Shown: in pieces, positions 47,400 through 61,100 of the stretch | Position numbering within the stretch: position 1 is the stretch's first letter | Layout of the letters: each line of letters begins with the position of its first letter | NCBI GenBank assembly: GCA_964187785.1 | Contig: OZ076409.1 | Span: 44,022,001-44,086,000, forward strand | DNA: 64,000 nucleotides | Reading direction: 5' to 3' | DNA from: Amphiscolops sp. MND2022 | Taxonomy: Eukaryota | The notes under the pieces: generated by a model | The model's database searches: none | What the model was told of the DNA's origin: nothing | What the model saw: only the letters and a program-made list of their open reading frames with translations | Translations under genes and position numbers: made by a program

Positions 47400-50300
47400 A
47401 GTCTTTTGTTTTTGGTAATTGTATGAATCCGAGAAATTAGGGTTTGGAGTAGGTCTTAAATTGTATTTTTCATCACGTGTACTTGTGGGTAGTTTTTCTT
47501 TTCGAACATCGACAACATCTTCTGGTTTTCATCTGGCGAAACTTCTACATCCATTTTGTGGGTAGGTTGTTAATTTTGTTGATCGTCTTTTATATCAATT
47601 TCATTATTTGCACTTCCTTTTGGAGATTCCTTATTAGGCGCGGTAGTTTGTTCTACCGTGGTCCCACTATTTTTTTGAAATTTCGAGGGAGGGTGGGTGG
47701 TTTATTGATGCAAATTCTTGTACATCATCTTGTTCATGATTCGGGGGTTCTATTTCAAGAGGATTTGTACCAAAGTTTGTATCCCATGTGTTTGCGTACA
47801 GGTCGTCATGTGTCACTGGTATGTTATCATTTTTTGCCAGTCTGTTTCTCTGACAAGATTATCTGCAAGCGGTGCGATAGGTGTAAATTTCCGTAAACGT
47901 ATTCTGTGTAATAGTTGTGTTTTGTTGGTCCCCAGTCTGCGTACAATGGAAATATTGTTAGGCAAGGCTTTTTTAACTTTAGAGTGGCCAGCCCATCTAA
48001 ATTCACGAAATGGAATTTTGGTTGCTTGTGTGTCTGCTTTCGGCTTCAGAATGTAGCAATAGTCCGTTGTTGTTAAGGGTGATGCTTCTGCTTTGCGGTC
48101 ATAAGTATGCTTTGTATTTTAAGTCTGATTGCATGGTGTTCTTTTTAGTTTGATCATTTATTAATGCCATTCTGGTGTGTACTTCCTCTGCAATATCGGA
48201 TAGCGGAGTACATCTTCGGTTTGGGTTTTAACCTAGCTTGTGTTCTAGTATGTTATGTGGTATTCTGCCGTGGAATACTCGAGTTGGTTCACATCCCAAA
48301 CTTGCATGGTATGTTTATTTCATTATTGAGAACCGCTAGGAGCAGAAATTTGTGCCAATTTCGGCGATTTTTGCCGGTTGCTGCTGTCAACTGTGTCTTT
48401 ACTGTGACATGAGTGCGTTCTAGCATACCAATTGTCTGCGCATGTTTTGCTGATGCATCTTTTAATTCAACTCCGAGTACTGCGGCTACTTCTCATGTAA
48501 CTCGTGAATTAAATTGAGTGCCCATGCCAGTTTTAATTTTGTTGTTGGCAAACACAAATGTTTGAACAGAATGTCCATAATAACTCTTGCAACAGCAGGG
48601 GCAGTGTTTCGGGTTGTTGGATACAAAAAAATACCTTGAAGAGACATCAATTGCTATTATTATGTTGTCAAAGTCTACCCTAGGTGAGAGATTTGGTGAA
48701 GTGTCCATTTTTGGAATATATCTTCTGGACTAAGGTTCCATTCATGGCAGTTGAGGAGTTCTGTTTTAACTAAGTCATTGCTAATTCTTTTGTTTTGTTT
48801 ACACAGTTGGCACAGTTGTACCCAATTTTTGATGTACTTTGCTAGGCATGGGTAGAAATACTTTGGATGGGCTTCTTGGATCATCTTCGTTATAGCTGCA
48901 TGATTTGCATTGTGCCCATGTAATGCCTCTAAGAACTCATCTGGGAGTTGTTTTTGGAGTATAATTTGATAATGGGAGATTTGCCCAATATCATTGTAGT
49001 ATTTTCGTGCTAAAATATCTTGTCGATTTTCAAGACGTGGCATGTTTCGTAAATATTGTAATGATGATATCTGTTATCTTCGGTGAACGCTGATTCGTTG
49101 ATTGGTTCTTAGGTTTCGAAGGACTGGATCATTGTTTTGTTCTAGTCGGATTTTTGCATTGTCACGGAAGTGTCCTTCTCGATAATTTCCTGTACCCGCT
49201 GTGGGTTTGTGGAAATTGTGTAGTTGTGTGACTTCATTTCAAGTTCGTTGTGCGTTTCTGTTTGTGCTCGATGACGAATAGTGTTTTTTTATCCCAGTGG
49301 ATTTTTCCATCAGTTTCGTCCCCGATGAAGGGGTAATTTTTTCCTCTTCCGTTATGCCTGAGAACTGTATTCTGACCTCGATGGCTTTTGTTTGTATATA
49401 ATTTCTGTAGTTCCGTTCAAATTTTTCTGTTGGAATAATTTCTGTGCGTCATAAGAAACCAGCTGCTGTATTCATTGCTCCTGCCACATGTGCTATGAGG
49501 AAGTCACATGCATTCCAAATAGTCACATGCATTCCAAAGTGAGGGAGGAATGAGTTTTGTCAGAAAGAACCTCATCACTGCTCGGTTGTCAGTGAAGACA
49601 ATTACTGGAAATGTACTTCCCACATTAGGTGTCCAAATTCGGAAAGGGCGAAGAAAATGGCTATAAACTTTTTCGCATAGATAGACATTTTCAACGGAGT
49701 GGGTTAAAAGTTTTTGAACCAAAGTCTATTAGTGCATACGTTTTCCGTTTTGACTGCAGTTTTTGTTTAGGGCCATCTTCGATCATGTTTGCGTATGACT
49801 GCCGTGAAGCTTGCGTCCAACATGAAGAATAACTGTTTGTCTTCGGTTGGCTGTTTCAAAGCCATTTGGCACCACTGTAAAAGCATTTTTTGAATTGTTC
49901 AAAGTTTGCAGTGAGATCATTGGAGATGTAAAATTCGTTGATTTCCTTCAGTAGATTTTAAAAAAGTGTGAGTCGTTCTGAGAGTCTTGGTATATAATTT
50001 CTGTGATAATTCAGGAATCGGATGTATTTTTGGAGTCCTTTTTTGGACTTTGGAAATTTGAGCTTTTCCAAGAAATTTTTGACTTTGTCAACTCGGGGAA
50101 ATACTCCTTCGGGTGGTATGGTTCTTCCGAGGAAGACTACTTGTTTTATGCCAAAATGAAATTTTGACATAGACAATTTCAATCCTGCAATTCTTATGCA
50201 TTCAAAGACTGCCCAGATACTGGCGCACAATTGCGTGACAGTGTTCGCTGCAATTCCGATGTCATCGACTTATTGTGCACATTGGTCAACTTTTATTAGT

Positions 50301-51850
50301 GTGTCTGATACTCTCTCATGAAACTTGGGAATGCTAACCAGAGTGATCGGCTCAGACCTTGTGCTAATTGTCAGTATGCAAATGTTCGACTAGCGACATC
50401 AAAGGCCAGCCTTTGAATTGATGGTAGTCTGCCATTTGTAGGCAGTGGTAAGCTTGAGAGCAAACAAGTTTACATAAAACTATCTTCCCTGTATATGTTG
50501 AGCAGCGTCAGGTAGTGTACTGACCGGGTGGTTGTTTTTGACGTAGTCTTCAGTTATTAAATTGTTGATTTTCCTTAGATGTACTAAGAGTCGCATTCTG
50601 CCATTAGGTTGTCTTTGTTCAAAGATCGGATTCGCGTATTTCGCGAGAAAGTAAAGTGGTTATTTTTCCACACTTGTGAAGTAGAGCAAGTTCCCCAGTG
50701 ATATCGTGTTTTAGATTCATGGGTGTTGGGAGACTTTGGCTGTATGCTGGTCGATCATCTTTCGGTGTTCGTTTGACTTTGAATTCTCTATTTGCTCCAA
50801 TGTCAACCTGTGTCATGCAATAATATAATGAAATTGTATTAGAAATTCTACGCCTTTTTGGCGTTCGAAAGGGGTGAGCGTAGTGTCACTCCAATCGGAA
50901 TGGTCAAGGTTTTGTTTTCGTGATTTCTCATCGTCATGTGGATTGAGTTTTTCTCATGCTTGTAGTTCAAATTATTCTTGATATATTCGTTTTTGTTTTG
51001 ATGTATAGGTTGTTGGATCACCTGGTTTTTCAGGTGTTGGGTACCAGTTTTGCTCCATTTTGTGATTTTTGTTGTTCACTTTTAGAAGTTCGTTCGAGTA
51101 AACATCTGTAACTTCAGTATGTTGATGCATGATGAACGATAGCGTTGAAGGATCAACAGGCTTTATATACTTGAGGTGTTCAGGGGTTAAGACACGAAAA
51201 TCAGCTAAGTGAGTGTCAGCTGCTATCGTGTAAGGTAGGTCTGAAAATTTGCAGATTTGTATCCCACTGCATCATCACTGACTGCTCTGAGTGAGGAATC
51301 CAAGAAAAGTAAATCGTGTTCTTCGAGGTGTGCAGAGGGCGTTACAATGCCTGTTGCATCATGATCAATTAGATGTGGCATTCGGCTTGCAATGAGTAAC
51401 GTTTCACCTGGCTGTAGTGTGTATGTTGTCTCTGCAAGTAATGGAGTTGTTGGTCATGTTTGGAGGTTTTGTTGAGGTTTCAATTGCATTGACAAATTTG
51501 GAAACGTTAGTACTCCTTATCGAAGCTCCTTTGTTGCGTTTCAGAAAGCAAAGTCCAATTAGGGGGTTGGGTAGGACTTTCATTATGATGGAATTTTCTT
51601 TCAACACGAACTCTGTCACTTCACACGTGAGGCAGAAACTTCCAATCGGTGTTTCGAGCTGTCCATTAGCTACCATTATTTGGAAATTTAGTTGTGGACC
51701 TGCGAGATAACCTCTGTTGCTAAAGTTTGATTTTGTTGAGATTTTGTTCTGATATGGCGCTGGCGAGAGCTCCAGTATCAATTAGGCCGTCAAGTGTAAG
51801 TTTTTGAAAATCCATAGGAAAATAATACATATGACGCTTACTTTATAAAG
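47400..51850 (-). pseudogene. Degenerate pol of the second Gypsy
   Basis: IMVANGQ (protease flap), AYSQSLPTP, IAGLKLSMSK.HFG (RT), VFTDNRA (RNase H), LHGHNANH...CQLC and AIDVSSRYF (integrase); related to pol at 10429-15924. Confidence 0.88.
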
Positions 51851-54800
51851 TAAGGTTCGTTGAAAAAAGAAGGACCGATGACAGTTTCTGTATTGATTGT
51901 AAGATGATTTTGTATTTCATCATCTTGGAGGGGTAGTTTTTGTGTTGATTCAGATTCGTTTGGTTTTTCCGTGGTGTTTTGTGTTTGTAGAGGTTCAGTA
52001 TAACTTTTTGGAAGAGGTTCTGATGAATTTTATGGTGATATTTTTGATTCACTTTCATACAGATTATTGAGGTTTTCTTGATTGTCATTGTCGGCAGTTT
52101 CTGTCATGTATCTGTCAGGGGCGTTTTTGTATATTTCATACAAATCATTACTTTGACTCATTGTGTTGGATGTCGTGGGTCTGTAAGTCGGTATGTTGTG
52201 TGAATGTATCAAGTTGTGCAGGTTGAGGGGTTGGATGCTGCCAGTCACACTTCTCCTCGGGATTTGTGAGGCGTGGTTGTATTAGACTAAATCCTTTGAT
52301 GATGAAGGTTTATCTCTGGGTGCTTTTGGATTTATATGTTTTTTGGAATTTTCATAACTTTCAATGAGTTTTTTTTGTTTCGGTGAATGTCCATTTGGGA
52401 AGACAAATTTCCATGTTTGCTCCGAAGCAGGATGTTGGTTCCTTGTGTCCTGGTGCGCTACAATGCGTACATCGGGCGGTGTTCGGGTCTTCTTATAACT
52501 TGCGGCGTTTGGCGAATTTCGGGCAATCGCTCACTTTGTTCCCCGTATCCTTACAATTACGGCAATGGTCGTCCTGAAGTGTGTTATCGGGCACTGTTTT
52601 GGTGTTTGTTGCTTCTCCTTACGTGTTGAATATTTCGGCTGAATTGTTTTGTCTTCTGGTTTTTTCGTTTAGCTCATTTGCGTTTTTACCCCAGTTTCTT
52701 TTGATTCGAGTCCGTTCAATTCCATCTCTCGTTCGAGGTGTCGGACAATTTGTTTATAGGTTCCGTTTTCTAGGTAGGCTTGATTTATAGATCTTTTCAA
52801 ATGTGTTGGCATTTTCGCATACAAAGACTTTCTATCATTTGTGATGCTATGTCGCCAAAAGCTGCTTTCTGCGCTTTCTTGTAATTCCTCAAGGAAACCC
52901 GGTAGTTGTTGTCGTTCCGGGTCGAACGTCAAGCAATGAAATCTATGTTTCGCAGATGCTCTAGGCTCGGGCCTAACATATTTCCGACGGAACACTACCA
53001 AAATGACTACAAGGGTAGTTGCTGTCGTTCGTTGAATGTTTTTAAATGCTTTCGGTGCCAAACCGCTCAGATGTGCGTGGAATGTATTGATTTCATCTCC
53101 TCTGTTAGGTTGGGTTGCATTCGGAGTGTTGTATGAAAAAGATCTTCGAAGTATTCGAATTTTTCATTCTTTCCCAATTTCCAGTTAAATTTGAGTGTGT
53201 TTTTCGGGTGAAAAAGTGATGGTTGGGGGTTAAGATTTGCAAATTTCTCAATAGCTAACGCTATTTGGTTAACTGTGTCTTGAGGTGGATTTATTGGTTC
53301 TTGTTGTTTGAGTCTTGACGGTGAGGTGGTTTAACAGCTCCTGTCACCATGTGATAATCCTCCAATTCGCGATTTTGGACGGAACTTGGTGGAATTGGGG
53401 TTCTTAGTTCGTTTATTTTTGATGGCCCAAAAGGATTATCCTGTTTTCTGTTTTCTTGATTTTCGGTATCAGATGCGTTTATTCCACCGTCACCATTGTT
53501 CATGTGATTGGGCGTTCCGATTCTCGATGTGGTTTGCTCATTATTGTTTCTACGCGGAATTGATTGTGTTCTTTTACAGTTTTTTACTTCTCTCATCATT
53601 CTTTCTATTTTTTCGTTCATTGCTTTCCTCAGTTCTGCTATTTCTTTATTTGTATTATCTTGTTACTCTTTGTGTCCACACTTGTAATTCATTCTCATTT
53701 TGTGTAGTATCAATTAAAACCGCTTCTCTGTCCGTAACTGAACTAAAATTATCAAAATTATGAGAGTTTCCGTCATAGTTTCATTAATTCGTGATGCCTC
53801 CGCTTGTGAAGCGCTTAGGTCTCTTTCAAGTGAAGGTGATTGTCCTCATCTGGATCTTCTATTTCTTTTGTTACCCTTCTCAGTTAGGATTAAATATTGG
53901 TTGCTGGAGAGAAGAATTGCAATTAAGTCAGATGATGGAATGAAATAAAGCTGAGAACAAAGTTGTGAAAGTTGTACATATCAAATCACTAAGATAAAAT
54001 GGAGATGAGATAGACTGTAAAGTGTTATTTCTCATGAGACAAAAAACTAGGTCTGTTCAGTTCAAAAGTTTTTGTCGTTAGAATTTATGTCTTGTCGTTT
54101 ATGTTTTTTGTCGTTTTTGTCGTTTATGAGGTTTTTCTGACTCTTCAATTTCTTGGGGTCTATTTTTAGCAACATGACAGACATTTTGAAAAAAATCGTT
54201 CTTACATCATAATTACGTGACTTCTGAAAATAGCGCCATTTTATTTTACTTGACATAAAACTAGGTTCTTACGTGACATCATTTCTATAAAAAGGATTAT
54301 GCATAACGTGATTAACCGCCTTCTGATTGGCTACAACTATTACCGTAATGTTAGCAATGCGTCAATGAAAGTGGATGTATAGTACAGAATGACTCATTGT
54401 TTTTATATATCATACAATGCTGAATGTATTAGAGTGAACACGTATGAGTCAAACTGCCTAGAAGTTACGTCGTAAGTATCAAAAGGAACAAAGTGTTTCT
54501 GCATTATACTGCAATCTCAAGGCAGCAATCGGACTAAATGGTCAATTTCAATGTGCATTATGCGTGCACAAAGAGTACGTATTGTTTATTCATTTCCCTG
54601 GTAAATGCCTGCACAAAGTGTACGTATAATTTATTCATTTCACTGATGAATGAACATAGTAGCATCATGTATTAAATGAGTGTTTTTTTTGCACTGTATG
54701 TTTGTTTGCACGTTGTTTATTATCTATGGTGGGATCTATTCAATACAAATGACAGCCACAAGTTTAAACATCGCTGGTGTTGAAATATTACAAATAAATT

Positions 54801-55019
54801 TACATGACTTAATTTTGGAGAGACAATGAGTTTTTGCTAAGTTTCTGCTGACCGGTTGAAATATTTGTCTTTGGTGTTGCACTATGGACCCGACGCAAGC
54901 TCTAAGATGCGGAAATACTGAGTGGATTTTTACCAAGATGATGATACACATGGCACTTGATTGATGACGAAGATCCATGATATCTGATAGTGAGAAATAA
55001 AAAGTAAGTAAAAAAGTTT

Positions 55020-55470
55020 CACCAAACAACCAGTCCGAACTTGCCTGGCAGTGGCAAAGCAACAGCTCTCTTGGATTCTTTTGTAGTGAGCTGCAGACAT
55101 TTCATTTATGTATTTCGGCATATTGGATCCAAGTTAGTGTATTTGCAATCGTGTAATTGTACTCCAGGTCAACTCACTAGTGACAAAGCTGAAGAATGGT
55201 TCCTGTTCAACACATACCCATTCCAACCAGCAATTTTTTTGTGTGATTCTGACGACAATATGGCAATTTGAGTTTGTTTTTCGTTTTTAATGTCACCTTT
55301 GTCAGTGTGCATTTGTTGAATATGGTTGATCAAATAAGACCTCCCGGTGTACCTCGTTTGTGTTTGCGACATTTACATTTCCAATTGTCTTTTTCAATTT
55401 CTAACATTTTGAAGTATGTGAGACACTTTGATTTCAAAGCTTTCTTTTCTCGCTGATATAGAACCGAATT
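55020..55470 (-). pseudogene. hAT-like transposase relic with BED zinc finger
   Basis: YF...NWKCKC...TGRSYLINHIQQMH across a frameshift, then KYTNLDPI..NT...LPGKFGLV. Confidence 0.6.
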
Positions 55471-56102
55471 TTTCTGAAGCAGCCTAGGCATTAAAACGAT
55501 GATTAACCAAAGGTTCGTTGGATTTGGCATGTGAATGTTCACGTTGGTGTGTTTTTCAAAAGTATTGTAACGCAAATTTTTGCAATATATCCTTTTACAA
55601 AATTGATTGCACAACCCTTGTTGAAACACTGCAAAAACTGAAAGGGGGAAATTTTTGTTGAATTGAAGATTTTTCCATAGAGAAGTCGCATATTCTGGTT
55701 GTATGCTTCGACAGAAAAATGTAGAGAGTATTTCCAAGGTAAAACTCACAAACTGTTCGCTACGCATGGGTCCCTTTGAATCAAAGAGGATAATACTTCG
55801 ACGGTTGGCTCACTGTATTTGAAACAATTCAGGAGTTTAGTTATGAAATATCCGTTAATTCCCTTTCGTCGTGGGAGTTTTTGAAATCGTGAACCTGCGC
55901 AACGGTGCACAAAACAGTAGATTCAATTTTCGGTTCTTTGTATCTTCTTACGTTGGCTTCTAGATGTCCAGCACAACTACTGAATTACTCCGTATCAGCT
56001 TTGTGACAATGGTCTAATTGTTGTGTTATTTTATTTGATAGTTTCAGTGAGAATTTGGTTGATCAAAAACTGGTATGAACTGGACAACGCAATCTGTACT
56101 GA

Positions 56103-57155
56103 CGGGAACGGCCCAAGTCGGCGCCATATCTAAGGCTCAAAAATAACAAAAGGACTTCAAAGTGTCAAGTTTTCTCTTCTACAGTACCCGTTTGAGGAAA
56201 AATTGAAAAAAAAATCCGATTTTTTTTTGAAATTTTTTGGTCACCCGTAAGTCGCATAGTGCCGAAACATGTAAAATGGGGCCCTTTGGGAGTTTTTTAA
56301 CATCCATTTTTTGGCAAAATAGACAAAAAAATGAAGGGTGGACCCTTTGGAGATATTTGCAAAAAAAGTCTCACAAAGCCGAAAAAAATTTGCACAAAAA
56401 ATTTTTGGTCATGGCGGGATCGAACCCATGTCCTTCTGCTTGTCAGACCTCGAAAAAGCCGTAGTGGCCAAGTGGCAGTGAAGTAGTGTGACACGGTTTA
56501 GCGATAGTGCCGGTTTAGTGTTAGTGCCAACTTATAAATTTTATAAAATCTGTCAGTTCGTTGGTCTTAAAAAAACAAGCCGGGAACGGCCCAAGTCGGC
56601 GCCATATCTAAGGCTCAAAAATAACAAAAGGACTTCAAAGTGTCAAGTATTCTCTTCTACAGTACCTGTTTGAGGAAAAATTGATAAAAACCGATTTTTT
56701 TTGAATTTTTTTTAAATTTTTTTGGTCTTTCGTAAGTCACATAGTGCCGAAACATGTAAAATGGGACCCTTTGGAAGTTTTTTAACATCCATTCTTTTGC
56801 AAAATAGACAAAAAAATGAAGGGTGGACCCTTTGGAGATATTCGCGAAAAAAATCTCACAAAGCCGAAAAAAATTTGCACAAAAAAATTTTGGTCATGGC
56901 GGGACTCGAGCCCATGTCATTCTGCTTGTCAGACCTCGAAAAAGCCGTAGTGGCCAAGTGGCAGTGAAGTAGTGTGACACAGTTTAGTGTTAGTGCCTGT
57001 TTGGTGCCAACTTATAAAATTTATAAAATCTGTCAGTTCGTTAGTCTTATAAAAAGAAGTCACTACTATAGTCTGCGTTTTTCTTCGGAAAGCGCCGACT
57101 AAAAAGAAGTCACTTCTATAGTCTGCGTTTTTCTTCGAAAAGCGCCGACTAAAAA
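56103..57155 (-). mobile_element. Head-to-tail dimer of a HINE-like element with an internal tRNA-like segment
   Basis: ~478-bp unit repeated (56103 and 56581); AGTCGGCGC/GCGCCGACT subTIRs; terminal ~50 bp duplicated; B-box-like GGTTCGATCCC on the minus strand. Confidence 0.65.
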
Positions 57156-57367
57156 CGATCAAGCAGTTTGAGATCTCGGGCTGGTGTATCCCCTCAGTTG
57201 GACTCATTGGAAATCAATTAATTCGTTGTAACATCTTGTAAAATTATCCTATTTCTATTTTGCTTACTTTTTCAATGGTTTTCATCGTCGGTGTCAGCTC
57301 ACTGCATCAAACAAAACAACATATACCTTATCATCGTAGAAAAACAATCGCCTTTTTGTTACAATAA

Positions 57368-58173
57368 TGTTACGATTATTTACCGGTGTAGTTTTGGAGT
57401 TAGTCGCATTTGTTTTAACAGGTGTTGACGTTCTGGCTACAGAGGTGTTCTCAGGTTCAGAATCAGAATCCTGGTTATTCAGATGGACTTGTTGTTTTTA
57501 TTCAATGGTGCTATGAGTTTTAGCAATTCCTTTTGGTTTTCAGCTAACATCTTTGCTAAATCAGACATAATCTCTTTCCTCAAAGACGTTTTTATCTCGT
57601 TTAAGTTCTCAGGTTGTATTCTAGGAGACTTGATAGAACTTGCTATACGGTTTTCAGGAGGACTGTTCTCAGCTACAGAGGCCTCAAAATCTCCAGAAAC
57701 TAATTCAGCTACAGCTTTCTTTTTCTGGCTTCGAGTTGTCATTTTTGTATGTCGAAAATTCAAGTCTTCGGCAAGTTTGAATTCTTCTCGAAGAAAAATA
57801 GTTTTCGTTTCAATAACGGAACAGTTTGTTACAAAGGCAGGTTACAAAATTAACTAACTTTTACATGTATGTCTAACGTATTTATACCCTTCCGGCATCA
57901 TTTGTTCCTCACCTACCTAAAAATTCTTAGGTATCACAAAAACTGGGTTTGTTCATCAAAAAGCACTTATGATTCAAATTTTTTAAGTCCTGGGTCACAA
58001 AATCAGGTATTGAAACTCCTAGTTGCGTCGCTATTCCGTAGAATCTTGTTGAAATTATTTTATTCAGGCAATTCCATTTCCTGTTTGAACTTCAAAATTG
58101 CGGTAAAATAAAAGTCTAGTTGACATTTTCAACAGCGTAGGCACGCCGGCGTGATCAATGAGTCCATTCCCAA
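57368..58173 (-). mobile_element. Partial Gypsy-type LTR with gag-like ORF start, interrupted by the BEL insertion
   Basis: Homologous to 37375-38163 up to ...TTCCCAA, where the BEL LTR begins; ORF MTTRSQKKKAVAEL... Confidence 0.65.
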
Positions 58174-61100
58174 TGTAACGGCTGCTTGCCCTTATCCTGC
58201 GCTGAGGCTTGACAAGCTTTACGCCGCCCTGATCCGTTGCTTAGTGATGTGGACCGTCACAAAACAATTCCTGGTTTCTTGTTTTAAAGGACTATCTTTT
58301 GGCTTGATGGGTCCGATGTGACCCGTGGAATCTTCTGCGATTCCTCTTTGCACTGATTTGGATCCGATGTGATCCGTAACACACTTCCCTCACAGTATCT
58401 TCACGCGCTCCGGCTCTCCAACTATGAGAGTAGCTACTTAGTTGCTCTGACTCTAGCGAAAAGTTGTGAAGATTGAGAAGTTGAGTAATTAGTCTCTTGG
58501 TCCTAAGACCCAACTTGACCATAGCTATTCATTGTAGAAAATCTCTATCTAAGAATGGTATAAATGTGGTTTACAATTCTACAGTAAATATAAGCAAATA
58601 TTAGTTGAAATATGTTGCATAAATAAATGACATTTAAAGCATTAAATGAAGTTATTGACTAAGTAAACAACTATGTGGTGGTTTTGGCATGTTGGTTAGG
58701 TGTGCTAGAAAGTATGTTTACACAATGTAAATATATTAAATGTCAATGGAGTTACATTTCCTTCAAGGTCAAATGAGAAATAACATAATTATTAATACAT
58801 CAAAATTGGGTTTTCATGGGGTCCGACCTAGGTCACTTTGGGTGTTAATTGCTCGGAACCCAGGGGAGATACGAGGTAGAGTAGTTCAAGTGAAAAGTTG
58901 AGTTAGCACCTCTAGTATATGCATGCCAAGTTTCAGGGTCATTGGACAAGTGCTTCTTAAAAAAGGGGGTGGCCCTTTTTCCCTCAGGCATATTTCTGCT
59001 GAAACTTGTAATTTTCTAACTCGAATCTTGACAAAGTTTCTAAGTGTTTTGAGTTGTGAGTTTCATCAGTCACGTTCAAACTTGAGTTTCTGAGCTCGCA
59101 ATTGACTGGCGCCAACATTGCCGGCCCTGTTTTTCTCCTGAAAAACATTTTCGTGAAACATGGGTGCCAGTTTCACTACTGTTCGTTTCAGTTTTCCATC
59201 TTCAGTTTCCACCAGCGCTGATCTCACTCGTCCATCGCTTCCATGATATACTTCTAACACTCTACCCATCTTGTAATGTGCTCTTTTCACCTTTTCATCC
59301 ACTATCCAAACCAAATCATTGACTTTCAGTTGTCGAACTTCTTCTTTATTCCATTTAGATCTCTCATCCCCTTGTGGTAAATATTCTCTATTCCATCTGC
59401 TCCAAATCATGTCTGTGTATGCTTGTGATACTCTGAATATTTTTCTCAGATCTGTATATCGCTGAGTATCAGGAATAAATGGGGTTGCTGGACTTGCACG
59501 TCCTAGCAGGAAGTGATTTGGAGTCAAAGCTTCCAAATCTTCAGGATCATCACTGACACTAGTCAGAGGTCTCGAATTCAAAATCTGCTCCACTAGACAC
59601 ATTGTTGTGGACAATACATCATCTGTTAGCGTTCTGTTTCCCACTATTGCCATCCTAGCTTTCTTGCAGCTTCTGACCATTCGCTTCCAGGTACCTCCAA
59701 AATGCGGCGCACCTGGGGGATTTAAACTTCCATTTTATTTGCTTTTGAGCCAAATACTGCTCAATATCTGATTGATTCCAAGCTTCTATCCGTTCTCGCA
59801 TTTCTCTAGCTGCGCCCACGAAATTTGTTCCATTATCACTTAGAATGATATTCGGTTTTCCTCGAGCGATGAATTTCGTAATTGCAGCAAGACATGCATC
59901 GGCTTCCAGGCTGGGCACGACTTCAATATGCACAGCTCTTGTTGTTGAACACGTGAACAGACAGCACCATCGTTTCATTGATTTCCTCATGAATCTCACT
60001 TCGAATGGTCCAAAGTAGTCTACTCCAGTGTTGGCAAAAGGGAAAACTCTTTCCTCTAATCTTTCTTTAGGCAAGTCTGCCATGAAAGGTAGAATTCCTC
60101 CAACTTGTTGCTTTCTGCACTTAACACACTTCAATTTCACATTTCTGAGCGCGTTTCGGAGTCCAATTATCCAGTAATTCTGCTGCAAAATGCTGCGAAC
60201 ATTCTCTGTTCCTTCGTGATAGTTACTTTCGTGGGCATCCTCAATCAATTTTCTCACTATTGGATGCTTCGCAGATAGCAAAATTGGATGTTTCATTTCA
60301 TAACTCGCATCAGCATGACGTAGTGGTCCTTTCAATCGCATTAGGTTCTGATCGTCCAAAAACGGTGATAGTTTGTTCGAGTGATCAGATGCTGCCATGG
60401 GTTTACCGGCTGCCAAAGCCTGGTAAGTAGTACCGAAGCTTTCCACCTGGCTTTTCCGCAGTAGCGTTTGGATCACTTGCTATAATTCTTCTGTCATGAC
60501 TACTTTTCCTTTGATTTTTGATTGGAACCGAAGGCAATAGGCGAAGATCCGGGTCATTTTTCTAAAAGAACCGAACTTCTCCCATTCTATGTTCTTTTCT
60601 TCCGACACGACTTCAAAGACTTGTTCCATGTCATCTGTTTTTTGTTGAAACAACTGTGGTGAAGTTTGAGGCCAAGCATCTTCTTTCTCTCGAAGCCATG
60701 CCGGCCCTGTGAACCATGCGCTCTTTTCCAGCTCGAGAACTGATTTTCTTCCTGTTCCAATGTCTGCAGGGTTTAATGTTCCTTCGACATGTCTCTATTG
60801 ATCAATAGTTGAGCTGTCAAGAATTTCAGCAACTCTGTTTGCTACAAACACCGGTTGTTTTTGTCTGCTCCATGCAACCATTGTAAAACAGTTGTCGAAT
60901 CCGTCCAAAAGAATGTTCGTTCAATTTCAACGTCGTGTTCGTCTACGATCAGTTGTTTCAATCGGGTCCCATACATAGCTGCTTGTAGTTCTAGTCGTGG
61001 AATTGATTGTTGCTTCATTGGCGCTACTCGGCAATTTCCTACTACATAGGCAAGCTCTCCAGTTTGTTGATCTCGAAAGTACGCTACCATACACATAGCG

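Larger units (their letters stand above)
40385..54914 (-). mobile_element. Older, decayed ~14.5-kb Ty3/Gypsy element with ~1.5-kb LTRs and a large accessory region
   Basis: Diverged direct repeats ~40385-41895 and 53350-54914; PBS TGGTGACAGGAG; degenerate gag (~53350-52370) and pol (~51850-47400); no TSD recognisable. Confidence 0.88.
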
